Shown piece by piece: positions 11,188 to 23,100 of a stretch of DNA of 64,000 nucleotides. Location: NCBI GenBank assembly GCA_020184695.1, contig JAANOX010000239.1, positions 1 through 64,000 on the forward strand, read 5' to 3'. Origin of the DNA: Histomonas meleagridis 2922-C6/04-290x (lineage: Eukaryota > Protista > Parabasalia). Below the pieces are notes generated by a model. It did no database searches, had not been told where the DNA came from, and was given only the letters and a program-made list of their open reading frames with translations. Every line of letters starts with the position of its first letter. Positions within the stretch are counted from its first letter, which is position 1. Both the position numbers and the translations under genes were made by a program.

Positions 11188-12531
11188 ATGACAAGAGCTT
11201 CTCTCTTCCGTCACGTTTATGGTGAGCCATCCAGACCAATCGACAGCTACGGCGATGTCCTTGTCCACAGTGCACAAGTTGACTCCAACATGCTTGCTGT
11301 TAATGCTCACTACATTGCTATCCCATGGCAAACCAACGGTGGTGGCGCCCTCGGCGTTCTTAAAGTTGGAGGAAAGGGTAAGATCGGTAACACTTGCCCA
11401 CTCTTCGAAGGTCACAAGGCACCAGTTATTGATGTTGCCTTCAATCCATTTGCCGACAACGTCGTTGCTTCCGCTTCTGAAGATTCCACCATCCGCCTTT
11501 GGAAGATTGAAGAAAGCGATGGTAAGATCAAGCCAAACCACAACCAACCATTAGCTACATTAACAGGCCACGGTCGTAAGGCTGCTCGTATCACATTCAA
11601 CCCACTCGTTAATGGAGCTATGGCCTCCTTTGGTATGGAAAATGCTATCAAGCTTTGGGATATCAACAAGGCTCAATGCGTCACCACAATCAAAGGCGCT
11701 ACCAACAACCAAAACTTCCTTGATATCGCCTGGTCTCAAGATGGTAACCGTGTTGTTGCTCCAGCCAAAGATAAGAAGATCCATATCTATGATATGAGAG
11801 CTGGTAACGAAATTGTTGCTGTTCCAGGACACCAAAACATCAAATCATCCCATGCTGTCTTCTATGACAAACTCCACTATATCTTCACAACAGGTTTCTC
11901 TTCACGTGCAGCACGTCAAATCGCTCTTCGTGATGATCGTAACCCAGAAAAGCCACTTCAAGAAGAAGATGTTGACTACAACGCAGGTATCCTCTTCCCA
12001 TTCATTGATTATGACAATGGTGTTGTCTTCACATTTGGCCGTGGTGATACTGCTGCTAAGTACTACGAACTTCGTGACGATGACCTCAAGCATCCAATCA
12101 TGCCACTCTCCGGAACACAAATGCAAGAAGCCATTCGTTGCGTTGCTTGTCAACCTAAGTATTGCTGCAACACATCTATCTGCGAAATCATGCCATTCTA
12201 TGTCATCACCAACTCAAAGGCACTCCTCCATGTTCCAATGATTGTTCCACGTCGTAATGCAGAATGCTTCCAAGATGATATCTACCCAGATACAGTCGGC
12301 CCAGAACCATCAGCTGAGTTCGATGATTGGAAGAATGGTGCTGAAGTCAAGCCAAAACTTGTCAATCTCGAGAACTTCAAGATCTCAGATGAAGTCGCAG
12401 ATTTCAAGGTCGAAGCAGAAGACGTCGAAGGTCTTAAGCAACAACTTACAGCATTAAACAAGACAATAGAAGAACAAAAGGCAACAATTGCTAAGCTTGA
12501 AGCTGAAATCAAGCAACTCAAGGGAGAGTAA
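11188..12531 (+). CDS. Coronin, 447 aa from ATG 11188
   Basis: MTRASLFRHVYG N-terminus, WD40 repeats (GHKAPVIDVAFNPF, ASASEDSTIRLW), VPRRNAECFQDDIYPDT coronin motif and a C-terminal coiled coil; C-ending codons suggest high expression. Confidence 0.95.
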   Translation: MTRASLFRHVYGEPSRPIDSYGDVLVHSAQVDSNMLAVNAHYIAIPWQTNGGGALGVLKVGGKGKIGNTCPLFEGHKAPVIDVAFNPFADNVVASASEDSTIRLWKIEESDGKIKPNHNQPLATLTGHGRKAARITFNPLVNGAMASFGMENAIKLWDINKAQCVTTIKGATNNQNFLDIAWSQDGNRVVAPAKDKKIHIYDMRAGNEIVAVPGHQNIKSSHAVFYDKLHYIFTTGFSSRAARQIALRDDRNPEKPLQEEDVDYNAGILFPFIDYDNGVVFTFGRGDTAAKYYELRDDDLKHPIMPLSGTQMQEAIRCVACQPKYCCNTSICEIMPFYVITNSKALLHVPMIVPRRNAECFQDDIYPDTVGPEPSAEFDDWKNGAEVKPKLVNLENFKISDEVADFKVEAEDVEGLKQQLTALNKTIEEQKATIAKLEAEIKQLKGE

Positions 12532-12789
12532 AGTACTCTGGCATGAGTATTGTTTTTGTTTTATGATATTTGTTTGAGAATCAAATTTGATGTGTTATGT
12601 GTACGTTTAATTTATATAAAAGTGACGCTTTAAACGGCTTCTTGTGATTATGGCAACGCTCTGTGCGCACAACATTTTTGGTTTTTCACCATTTCCGAGC
12701 ATCATCGACATGACTGCACAAAATTTCCATGAGCTTTTTCTCCTCTATACCTTTGCTTTCTTAGTGTACTTCTTTAGGGCTTTATTAAA

Positions 12790-15232
12790 GTTTGATAATA
12801 ATCATAATACATTTTATTTAATGTTATATGGATGAAAAATGTAGGATAAATATATATATATAAAAAATTTTAAGTTCACACTAATGAATTTAAAGCTTAA
12901 GGAGAACACTTAAATATTTTGAGAAAAAATTTATAAATATCCTTAAACTTTTGATTTTATTTATAGTACTCTATGTTCAAAGAAATTATTTTCCTCAAAA
13001 TCAACTGCAAATGGATCATCTGAAATGTTTGGAAGGTTATTTATATCAAATTTTTTAACGACTGTTTCATTTAAGACTTGAGAATAATCTCCAGATTCTA
13101 CATTTTCACTTGGAAGCGTATTTATTTTATTTAAAGATTTTTTATGTAGATAATATACAAGTAATAAAGAAATTATTACTAAAAAAACTAAGAAGCAAAT
13201 AGAAAAAATGATTTTCATTGAATTACTAATTCCATTTTCTTTGACTTTGGTGAGATTTTTTATGTTATTTTGGATAGAACCCTTTGGATTTTTTGTGTTT
13301 GATTCATTAGACTCTTTTTCTTGTTTTTGTTTTTTAAACCTTAAATTACATCCTTTTATATTTGATCCCTTTGAAATATCTAAAGTTCCAAATGATTTGT
13401 TTTGATATGTAGATAAAGTAAATACTTTATTTTTAAAGTTTGAAAAAGCTTTTAAAGAAATATTTGGTTCATATAGTCCTAAAAAATATATACATTTAAT
13501 GTTGATACAACTATAAAATGCATACACTCCAATGTGTTGAACATTTTCTGTAATAATAATCCCTTGTAAATTCATGCATCCTTGAAATGAAAAATCTCCG
13601 ATTGAAGTAACAGAGTATGGCGTTTCAAATATAGAATTTCTTCCACCAGGAAAACTTATGATAATCGAAATATTTTTATCATAAAGTACTCCATCATTTT
13701 TATAATTTGAATATTTTTTATTATCTTTAGAAACAAAAATATTTTGAAGATTAATACATCCAACAAATGGTCCTATACCAATAAGAATTGTTGATTTTGG
13801 AATAGTTATGTTAAATATACCAGAACGAGAAAATGCATAATTTCCTATTTTAATAATATCAGATAAAGTAATTTCATCAAGAAATGAACATTCATTAAAA
13901 GCATAATCTTCTATCGATTTAATAGAATATGGCGTTTTAAATGAACCTGTTCTTCCAGATGGAAAAAAGATGATAGCTGATATGTTTTTATCATAAAGAA
14001 ACTCCATCATTTTTATAGTTTGAATATTTTGTATTATTATCAGATACATATATATTGATAAAATTCATACATTTAGAAAAAGCACATATTCCAATAAAAT
14101 ATATCGATTTTGATATAGTAAAATTATGTAATTTTGAACAACAATAAAAGCAAAAATTACCAATATATGTTAAATTTTCTCCATAAATAATATCATTCAA
14201 ACTTGAAAAAGAAAAACCATATTGTTCAATAGATTGTACTAAAAATGGTAATTGAAAAGTTCCATTTCTTCCTGCAGGAAAGCAAACAATAGTCGAAATA
14301 TTTTTATTATAAAGAACTCCATCATTTTTATAATTTGAATAGTTAAGGTTATTTTTGGATATATTTATATTTTCAAGACATTTACATTCAAAAAAAATAC
14401 CAGATCCAATAAAATTTAGAGTTTCTGGTAAAGTAATATTATGTAATTTATAACATTCACGAAAAGTATATTCACCAATACTTAATATTTTATTTCCTAA
14501 TTCGATATTTTCTAAATTTTTACATCTCATAAATACAGAATTTTGAATTATTGCTTCACAGTTTTCAAATAGTACTGTTTTTAAATTGTAACATAAACAA
14601 AATGCTTCATCACCAATTAATATTAATGAATTAGGAAATACTATAGATAATAATTTGTTACATTCAATAAATGCATGTTTTCTAATTTCTTTCACATTTT
14701 CACCAATTTTGATTGTTTCTAATCTTAAACATAAATTAAATGCTGAATCACCAATTATTTCAACATTTCTTCCAATAACTACAAATTCTAAGTTCTTACA
14801 TTTATAGAATGCAAAAGAATCTATTAATGTTGTTGAATTATGAATTTCGACTTTTATTATATCCCAATCTGAAAAAGCATTATTTCCAATTTCATTTACA
14901 TTATTACCAATAATAAGATATTTAATACCTTCTTTTTTATAAGCATATTCACATATTCTGTAAATATTTGTTATGATAAGTGTTTCATTACTACGAATTA
15001 ATATAACAAGTATTGATATAATAATAAAGTTATTTTTACCCATTTTAGATTAAAATGATTTATATCTTATTTTGTATATATAAAAATTATACAAAAATTA
15101 CGATAAATTTTGTTGTTATAATTTTTATAAATTTGATATATTTAATATGTCGTTGCCAACCTTTGATAACAGAAATTTGAAAAGATTAAAAGTAAACAAA
15201 TTAACAATTTGAAATCAATGAAATATATTTTG
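12790..15232 (-). repeat. Inverted segmental duplicate, copy 1 (partner at ~31580-34030)
   Basis: The reverse complement matches the partner across the BspA CDS and both flanks, e.g. ttcaaattgttaatttgtttacttttaatcttttcaaatttctgttatcaaag; boundaries are approximate. Confidence 0.9.
12961..15043 (-). CDS. BspA-like LRR surface protein (copy 1), ~693 aa if one extra T near 14000 is removed
   Basis: ORFs 13991-15043 and 12961-14049 join. Copy 2 reads GTT CTT TAT GAT where this copy has GTTTCTTTATGAT (+1 T). Signal peptide, LRR_5 repeats, TM segment and DDPFAVDFEE tail are present. Confidence 0.85.
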
Positions 15233-15298
15233 TATAAATCATTTTAAAATATATAAAAAAAATATCCATATTAATAAAGATTAAGTGTAATTTGTTGT

Positions 15299-15871
15299 TT
15301 AGTTTTCATCTTCTGCTTGCTTACGAATTACAAGTTGGAGATTTGGCGACGCTGGTAAGTCGACGAAAAGATTCCGGACTTCATCAGATTTAGGTGCAGG
15401 TTTTTCAACATTTTCGGCAGGTTCCTCTGGCTCATCTTTCTTTTCTTTAAGTGTTTCAAGGTTAGCTTTTAATTGATTGATCTTACGCTTATATCTAGAC
15501 AATGCTTCTTTGATAAGTTTATCTTCCTTATCATTAACTTTAGCTTGTTCAAACTTGAATTTTTCAAGTGTTTCTCTCATTTCATTATATTTAGAAGCAT
15601 CTATTCTTGTATCTGCTGATTCGTCATTTTGTTTCTTTAGTTTTGAGTTAGATTTCTGAACTCTTTTACAACTTTCACGAATTAGCTTCACCATTTTTTT
15701 GATATCCTTTATTGTTTTTTGATTATTGTTTACGACTTCTTTTAGATTTTTGATTTTTTCTGTCTGACTTTGTTTTTCTTTTTTAAGGCTTTCAACTTGA
15801 GCCCTTGCTTCCTTCAATGCTTCCTCAAGTTCTTGTGCCTGCTTTTCTAGTTCTTCATCTGAAACAGACAT
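15299..15871 (-). CDS. Hypothetical coiled-coil protein, 190 aa from ATG 15871
   Basis: K/E-rich heptad pattern MSVSDEELEKQAQELEEALKEARAQVESLKK... Confidence 0.7.
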   Translation of the reverse strand: MSVSDEELEKQAQELEEALKEARAQVESLKKEKQSQTEKIKNLKEVVNNNQKTIKDIKKMVKLIRESCKRVQKSNSKLKKQNDESADTRIDASKYNEMRETLEKFKFEQAKVNDKEDKLIKEALSRYKRKINQLKANLETLKEKKDEPEEPAENVEKPAPKSDEVRNLFVDLPASPNLQLVIRKQAEDEN

Positions 15872-15956
15872 TTTTCTTTTTTTTAATTTTTTCTCAAAAA
15901 GCGAAAACCGTTTATCGAGGCACCCTAAAAACACATCACAAAATAATTTTCTTTCT

Positions 15957-18900
15957 TTATTTTAATGAATGAATAATTTTAATTCCTGAACATTTCTTTC
16001 CTATTTCCGACACATTACAAATTGGGCAAATTTTTCCTTTATGTTGCGGTAAGAAACAAGCACCACATAAAGGACATTTCAAATGATTCTTACCTCTATA
16101 AATTGGTTTCATCGACAAAGCGCAAATTTCGAATGGATTTCTTTCATCATATTCAACATTATATTGATTTGTCCCTTTTTGTTGAATCAAAGCCAAAGCA
16201 GTCTGTGCTTGTTTTGCCACTTTTTCGGGTGGGGCCAAATTCAATAACCGCGAGCAAACGGTCTTCGCCGATAGGTAATTGCCTGCTCTCATTGTCACCC
16301 TCATCGCTGACTGTAGCACTATTCTTAAGTGTGAAGGAATCAATTTCAAGTGTGTTAAGTAAAGGGCCAATTCAATAGCCCTTGCTTGGTTTGATTCAGT
16401 TTTTCTTGTAGTTTCTAAGTTTACAGCTAAACAATAATTCTTCGCTATATCAATTATCTCCAAAAGTTTTTGTTCTTCTTCATGAGTGTTCACAGTTAAC
16501 AACATAACTTTATGTATTATTGTTTGCGATAAAGTTCGACATTCGATGAATTTACCTTTGTGGAACATTACGAAAAGTTCTTTGATCAAATCTTCGATAA
16601 TTTGTTTCTGTGAGAATATATGGGGAATAATTTGGTTCCGATATTTAGTTGACAATGGTATAGTCATCACGTTATAATTCCAAGTTATCGACGCGTTATT
16701 CATTACGTAATAACTTACGAATAATTCGCGTAATTGTTCAATGTTCTTCGCGGCGATTTGTTGATTTAATAATATTAATGCTGTTGAGAAATCACCGGCT
16801 GCGACATATTCGCCTGCTGTTTGTGCGTTCTTTATCCATTTCTGATGTATCGATTCGCCTATAGTTGGCGGTGTATAATAAGATGAGTTCAAATATGTTG
16901 TATCTGTTGTTGGTTCGATATCAATGTCGACATCCCAACCTTCGCCTTCTTCAACTTCATCATTATCATTGTTCTCTTCATTTTGATTAATTCCTTCTAA
17001 TAAGTCATCATTATCTGAGTTCCATCCTTCATTTTCATCATCTTCATCAATGATATCTGTTGTAGATATTATGTTATTAGTATTACTAACGCCAACTGTT
17101 GGCCAATCTTTTAATATCGATTTCCCATATTCGATTTTTAATGTTGGCGAATCAATGATTTCGATATTTGGTAATGATGAGTTTATAATTTTATGAATAG
17201 CTTCATCATCATTAGACCAAAGTGAATATAATAATGAATTTGTTTGTTTCGAAAGTTTTTGTAATTTCTCTGATTCGCCTGTGATTAAATATAAAAATGC
17301 TAATGAATCGAAGTCATTACCTTTCTTCATTGATGTTTCAGCTAATTCGAATCGTCCATTATTTAATGCTTCTTTCGCAAGTTTCTTATATATTTCAGGA
17401 TCATTTAATTCATCGGCTGCTTTTGATGCAGTTTCAAAATCTTGCGCTTCTAATGACATTTCAAATTTAGATTTCGGATCTTGTGCTAATGAAGCTGCTA
17501 TATCATATCGTCCATGATTAGCAGCAAATTCCATAATCGCAAATCCAATTGGAGGCTTCTTAGCTATTATTCGTTTGGCATCAATATCAGAGTGATTATT
17601 CATTAATGAAGATTTAAGTTTTAATTCGCCCATTTCAATTTCACGTTTAAATAATGCGCCATCACTATTAACAAACCAAGCTGTTTCATTACATGCTTTA
17701 ATGATATATAAAACACTTGGAAGTGAACATATAATTCCACTTTCGGATTTGATAATATATTTTAGGTGATTACGTGTTGTAAATAAAACTTCTTTACCAC
17801 ACCAACAACAACTTTTGATTTTATCAGAATTATGAAATATGTTATAATCTGTTAAATCAACTTTGGATGTTAATATACAATTCGAATTTCGTACACATAT
17901 TCTTTCGCGTTTATCATCAAAACTAATCGATTTGGAATCAGGAAATGGTATTTCAGTAATAGTCTTTGAACGAACTACATCAAATAATATTAAGGATTCA
18001 TGTGTAGATAAATATACTCTTTGTGCTGATGCTGTAAAGATTCGTGAAGTTATTGGAATTGGAATTTGTCGTGATGAGACACCACCATATTCATTAATTA
18101 TTAATTTATCTTTCGTCTCTGATAATGATGCAATTGAGGAACGAGATAACCATACAGAAGAAGTGCCTTCTCCTTTAATTATTGGTGATTTCATTTTCAT
18201 ATCAACAATTTCATGTTCTTTGCTTGAAGATACTAATGCAAGTCCTCGTGCTGTATTCCATGATACACTTGTAGCTTGCGATTGTATTGATATTGGTTCT
18301 TCATTTTCTTTAGAAACTACATCAGTTAAATGTAATTTTTTATCTTGGACCCATAATATTGAATTTCCTTGAACATCATAAGGTAAACGTTCTTTGGCAA
18401 ATTTCAATATTATTAATCCATGATCATGTCCTAATGCTACTAATGCATTTTTAGGATGACAAGTACAATACCATATGCGTGATCCAGGCGTATCATATCG
18501 GGCAATTTGTTGATACGAATTCCCATCAAATAACCGTAAAGTTCCATCGTCTGATGTCGTTACAATGGTTGATGTGGATTTATGAAAACAAACACATGTA
18601 ACAGGACCATTATGTGTGGTAATGACACGTGTGAATTTGGCTTCATTGCCATAAAATGTAAAAAGTTTAACTGTGCAATCTTCACCTCCTGAAATGAGTT
18701 TGTTACCATTTGGATCCCATGCAACAGTATCAGCACCATCTGGATGTTCTTCAAGTTCACATGTGAGTGTGGCATTACTGTCTGTAGGGAATAATGCAGA
18801 ATCAGCATCTTGTGACATTGATGAATCTAAAAGACTAGAAATATCAAAAACACGAACTAAATCATCTAAACAAGCAGTAGCAACAAGAGGCTTCACAGGA

Positions 18901-19337
18901 TTAAAACTGGCTGACATAACAACATAAGTATGTTCATCAATAATTGATATGCACTTACGATTTTGCCAATTCCAGATACGAACTGTTGAATCATCAGAAG
19001 AAGATACAAGAAGTGGATGAACTGAATGGAATTCAACACTACGAACAAAATCTGTATGACCATTTAAAGAAAATAATTTGCTACGCTTTTGCCAATTGTA
19101 AATAATAATTTCTCCAGTATCTGTACCACATGCAAATATTGGTTGAGTTGGATGAAATGCTACACACCTTACAGGATATCCACCTTTAGTCACTGAAAAA
19201 TTTGCTAATTCTGCACCAATCGAATAATCATAAAGATAAACTTTTCCTACATATGTGCTAAATAATATGTATGGTCGAACTGGATGAAAAGAAATGCCTT
19301 TGACTCTATCTGTTTCGAGTTCTAGCTTGACTTGCAT
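15957..19337 (-). CDS. COPA: Coatomer subunit alpha (alpha-COP), 1126 aa
   Basis: N-terminal RVKGISFHP WD40 propeller (GHTDFVRSVEFH, SSSDDSTVRIWNWQ), acidic GWD linker and C-terminal YDERNPFEICALSMKPIYRG...CPLCG...CPICNVSEIG Cys motif. Confidence 0.93.
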   Translation of the reverse strand: MQVKLELETDRVKGISFHPVRPYILFSTYVGKVYLYDYSIGAELANFSVTKGGYPVRCVAFHPTQPIFACGTDTGEIIIYNWQKRSKLFSLNGHTDFVRSVEFHSVHPLLVSSSDDSTVRIWNWQNRKCISIIDEHTYVVMSASFNPVKPLVATACLDDLVRVFDISSLLDSSMSQDADSALFPTDSNATLTCELEEHPDGADTVAWDPNGNKLISGGEDCTVKLFTFYGNEAKFTRVITTHNGPVTCVCFHKSTSTIVTTSDDGTLRLFDGNSYQQIARYDTPGSRIWYCTCHPKNALVALGHDHGLIILKFAKERLPYDVQGNSILWVQDKKLHLTDVVSKENEEPISIQSQATSVSWNTARGLALVSSSKEHEIVDMKMKSPIIKGEGTSSVWLSRSSIASLSETKDKLIINEYGGVSSRQIPIPITSRIFTASAQRVYLSTHESLILFDVVRSKTITEIPFPDSKSISFDDKRERICVRNSNCILTSKVDLTDYNIFHNSDKIKSCCWCGKEVLFTTRNHLKYIIKSESGIICSLPSVLYIIKACNETAWFVNSDGALFKREIEMGELKLKSSLMNNHSDIDAKRIIAKKPPIGFAIMEFAANHGRYDIAASLAQDPKSKFEMSLEAQDFETASKAADELNDPEIYKKLAKEALNNGRFELAETSMKKGNDFDSLAFLYLITGESEKLQKLSKQTNSLLYSLWSNDDEAIHKIINSSLPNIEIIDSPTLKIEYGKSILKDWPTVGVSNTNNIISTTDIIDEDDENEGWNSDNDDLLEGINQNEENNDNDEVEEGEGWDVDIDIEPTTDTTYLNSSYYTPPTIGESIHQKWIKNAQTAGEYVAAGDFSTALILLNQQIAAKNIEQLRELFVSYYVMNNASITWNYNVMTIPLSTKYRNQIIPHIFSQKQIIEDLIKELFVMFHKGKFIECRTLSQTIIHKVMLLTVNTHEEEQKLLEIIDIAKNYCLAVNLETTRKTESNQARAIELALYLTHLKLIPSHLRIVLQSAMRVTMRAGNYLSAKTVCSRLLNLAPPEKVAKQAQTALALIQQKGTNQYNVEYDERNPFEICALSMKPIYRGKNHLKCPLCGACFLPQHKGKICPICNVSEIGKKCSGIKIIHSLK

Positions 19338-20156
19338 CCAAATAAATCAAACGTTAAATAGGGCACCTCAAAAAATTGGAAATGGGGTACCCTGATAATA
19401 AAACGATAGTTTTCATCATGCTTTCTACAGCTATAAACATGTTAGGTGTTAATATTTATTTGAATATTTTTTATGGCTCATGTTTAATTTTAATACATTT
19501 AATAAAAATTGTTTCAGAAATTGCTAAGAAACTGAATAAGAATTATGAAAACGTCATTTTGTGAATAATGATATTAATGCTATGTATTTTATCATTTTAT
19601 ATTACATAAATTTTTTTTTGTGTTAAACCAAATAAAACTCTACTATGTCACTTAAATAAATTTTATAAAATAAATTAGAAATATTTTTAAAATAAAATTT
19701 ATTTTTTATAATTTTTATTAAGATCCATGGAAATTCACAAATATTTATCTCAAAAATATAAATATTGTCTGTCCAATTTCTTAGAATGAATATGTCTTTC
19801 TTTTGGCAGCAATATAACAAAATGTAAAAACTCATGAATTTTACACATTGTTGTTAGCATCTTTTAAATCTCATGATTAATATCAAAACATAATTAAATA
19901 TTTGATTTCAAAGTATTGTCTATTGCTATTTCCTGTGAGGATAAAAACAGTCATCGTTAAAAAATCGATAAAAAATTATCAAATGATTTTGTAATCAAGT
20001 GTAATCATCCCTTCTCGGAGCACTTTTCCCGTACATTGAATTTTTGTTCATCGTCTTGATCTTTTCTTAGAACGGATTTTATTCGATTCAATATTTTGTA
20101 AATCATACAATATTTTTCTGTTCAAATATTTGAAATATTTGCTTTTCACCAAAAAA

Positions 20157-23100
20157 ATGGGTGGAGACAATCACCTAATGAAATCAATTTTAAATGACCC
20201 TAAATTTGATGTCCAAGAACTTGTCACAAACAATCTTTCTGATTTCTGGAATTCTCTTTTAGCCTATTTTGTTCATTCTTCTTCAAAAAAAGAAGGTTTA
20301 TTCAAAAAGAAAAAGTCACAAATAGACACCAAAAAGGTTCTTAATGTTTTACAAAAGGTAATAAATAATTTACATCCTTTATACATTAAGCCTGATGATT
20401 ATCCAAAAATTGTGACAATTTTTCGATTTTTACTTCACGCTAATTCTCCTACGTCTTTTTTACAACAAACTCAACAGCTTTTCTTCAAATTAATTATCAT
20501 TATTCCTCCTGAAAATTTTGCAACCATTAGAGAAAGACCAACTCTTTTCATAAATATTTTTCCATTTCTCAAGTTTGTTCGCAACAATGAAGAACGTGAT
20601 TTATGTCAATTGCATTGTATTCAAGGTTCTGTATCATTATTTCCAAAAGGTCCAGGAAAAGAACAAGCTGATAATTATGTACTTGTAAAATCCATTTTTA
20701 GCTTTGTTCTCGATAATTATGGCAAACGTGAAGCTGTTTGTAAAGATTTATTATTTGAGTCATTATTTCAGATTGTATACTACGAAGCAGCAACACAAGT
20801 ACAGTTCCCCAATTTTGGGTTTGGTTTTCTTCATGATGTTCCCATTGAATTTTCTGATATGACATATGAATTTTTATCCACATTCAAAGGTGAAGTTAGC
20901 TTCTTTTGTCCCGATGCCATTCATACTCGCTTCTTCCTCAGCATTTTGGAAGATATTGCCAAGCGTATGAATCCAAATCAACAATCACTAATTTTACAAT
21001 ATCTCAAGAAAATCACAATGTCTAATCGAACTATGACAATCATATCCAAAGAAGCACCAGATCTTATTGGTAACTTCTTCCATATTTCACGTTTTTCCAC
21101 AACTGTCCAAGTTGAAGATCGACAAATTATACTTAATGACTTAAAAGATTTTTTGATTTCATTTCTTAATGTAATTCTTACAAAGATGAATTCCTCTGAA
21201 TTAGTTACATATTTCAGTTATTTCTTTATCCAATTTGAACGCGATCAATATTTCTTATGTTCATTTTATCCTGTTTTATTATCCATTTTATTTAATACTA
21301 ATAATCGTGATAAAGAAATCTGGAATTTAATTGTCGATAATATTCGACGATCAGAGTTAATATCATATTGTAATGCATGTTTTGCGCAATATTTAGCGTT
21401 ACTTGAATTTCCATTATTATTTGGAATTGATCGCGAGTCAACGTTAAGAGAAGTTGATACCATCAATCAACGCATTAAACGTAATAAGAATGATACACGT
21501 TATAGTTATTTCTTAGATAACATCATGGATATATTATCAGATCCAGCGAGTTATTTTGGTAAAGTTGATTATGTATGGAAAGGTAATCGAGATGATAGTT
21601 ATTTCTTATTAAAGCCATTTATCCAATTTGAAGAGAATGAAGAAATCCAAAATGTACAATCAATGATAGATTTTTATTTAGGCTTATTTGATTGTTATAA
21701 AAATGTTAATAATAAAGATGATCAAATTCGATTATATTCGACACATATCGCATATTTTTATGCATTAGCACAATTATTCCGGATACCTCCATCTATTAAG
21801 AATGATCATATTATATTAATCTCTAGATCAGCAAATCGATTGTTTAATGGAGTTATGCAAAATAATGTTGAAATTACAATTGCAAGTTTTGATATATTAT
21901 GTGATTTATTATTAAATTCCGAAATTAAACGATTCTTAGGAGCCGATTCTTTAATGGGATGGTATTCATGTTTAACATTTTGTTTATTACATTCGAATAA
22001 AGACCTTTCAATGAAAGCATTCCAAATGATTGGATCTACTATAACAATTGGTTTTATAGGTAGTTCAATATTAATACCAACTGTGATATCATATGCTGAA
22101 ATTAATTCCGCAATATATCAATTAGCATTCTTTGCTTCATTACCTATCTTTGAGAATAATAATATCAATAATTCACATTTGATTAGTATTATGCAAAAGG
22201 TTATTAATAAAAATAAAGCTATACTTCGTAGAGATGCAAATGATATATTAACTAAACCAATTAATGATTTAATGAAACGAGTTCAAGCAGTTATATATAA
22301 AATTACAAACATAGCAATCAAAGAAAAGAAATTCATTGAAATAATTCCAGTACATTCAATGATCATTGTAAGTGAATTAGTTAAAGAGAAACCTAATGAA
22401 GATTTAGTATGTAAATCAATAGAATTCTTATTATCAGCAGCTGAATCACGAAATGATGAAGCTACATTAATATTACGAGATTTACTTATCACTTATGAAA
22501 GACCATTAAAGAACTTAACGAAATTCCAATCAGTATATAATAAAATTATATTTTTGATATCAGTATCACTTGTCGAACAATATGAATATATATTACATGT
22601 CTTTAGTTTAGTAACAGAAGCATTTATACATTATCCAGAATATGCAATTAAAGCAAAACAAGTCGAACCATTTGCTAAAAGATTAATATCAATACAAAAT
22701 GATCAAAATGTACCAGTCGAATTACGGATACAAGTTACTTTATTATTAACTAAATTAGCAGTTGAGTTTAAAGCATATCCAACAACTTATTCACCTGTTT
22801 GTAAACATCCATCACGACCAGATGAAACATTTGATGATAATAATATCTATTATTATCAAAATGAAATGAATTTATATGGTAATAATATAATTCATTATGA
22901 ACGTAAAGAAAAAGGTAATTTTATCATTGGTACATATCCAGAAGGTTATTCATATTATTGGGAATTTAATTCGCCAAAAGGATTTTATGAGAAAGAATCA
23001 TCTCCAATGTTTTCATTACCAGAAGTAACGAATAATACTTCAAATAATAATGTAACAAATCCAAATCATTCATTTTCAAGTCGATTTAATGACCTTATGC

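Noticed and set aside
11164-12521. Overlapping and antisense ORFs over coronin, actin (55541-56624) and katanin (62824-63866)
   Set aside because: These are shadow ORFs expected from biased, stop-poor codon usage of the real genes; they have no protein motifs.
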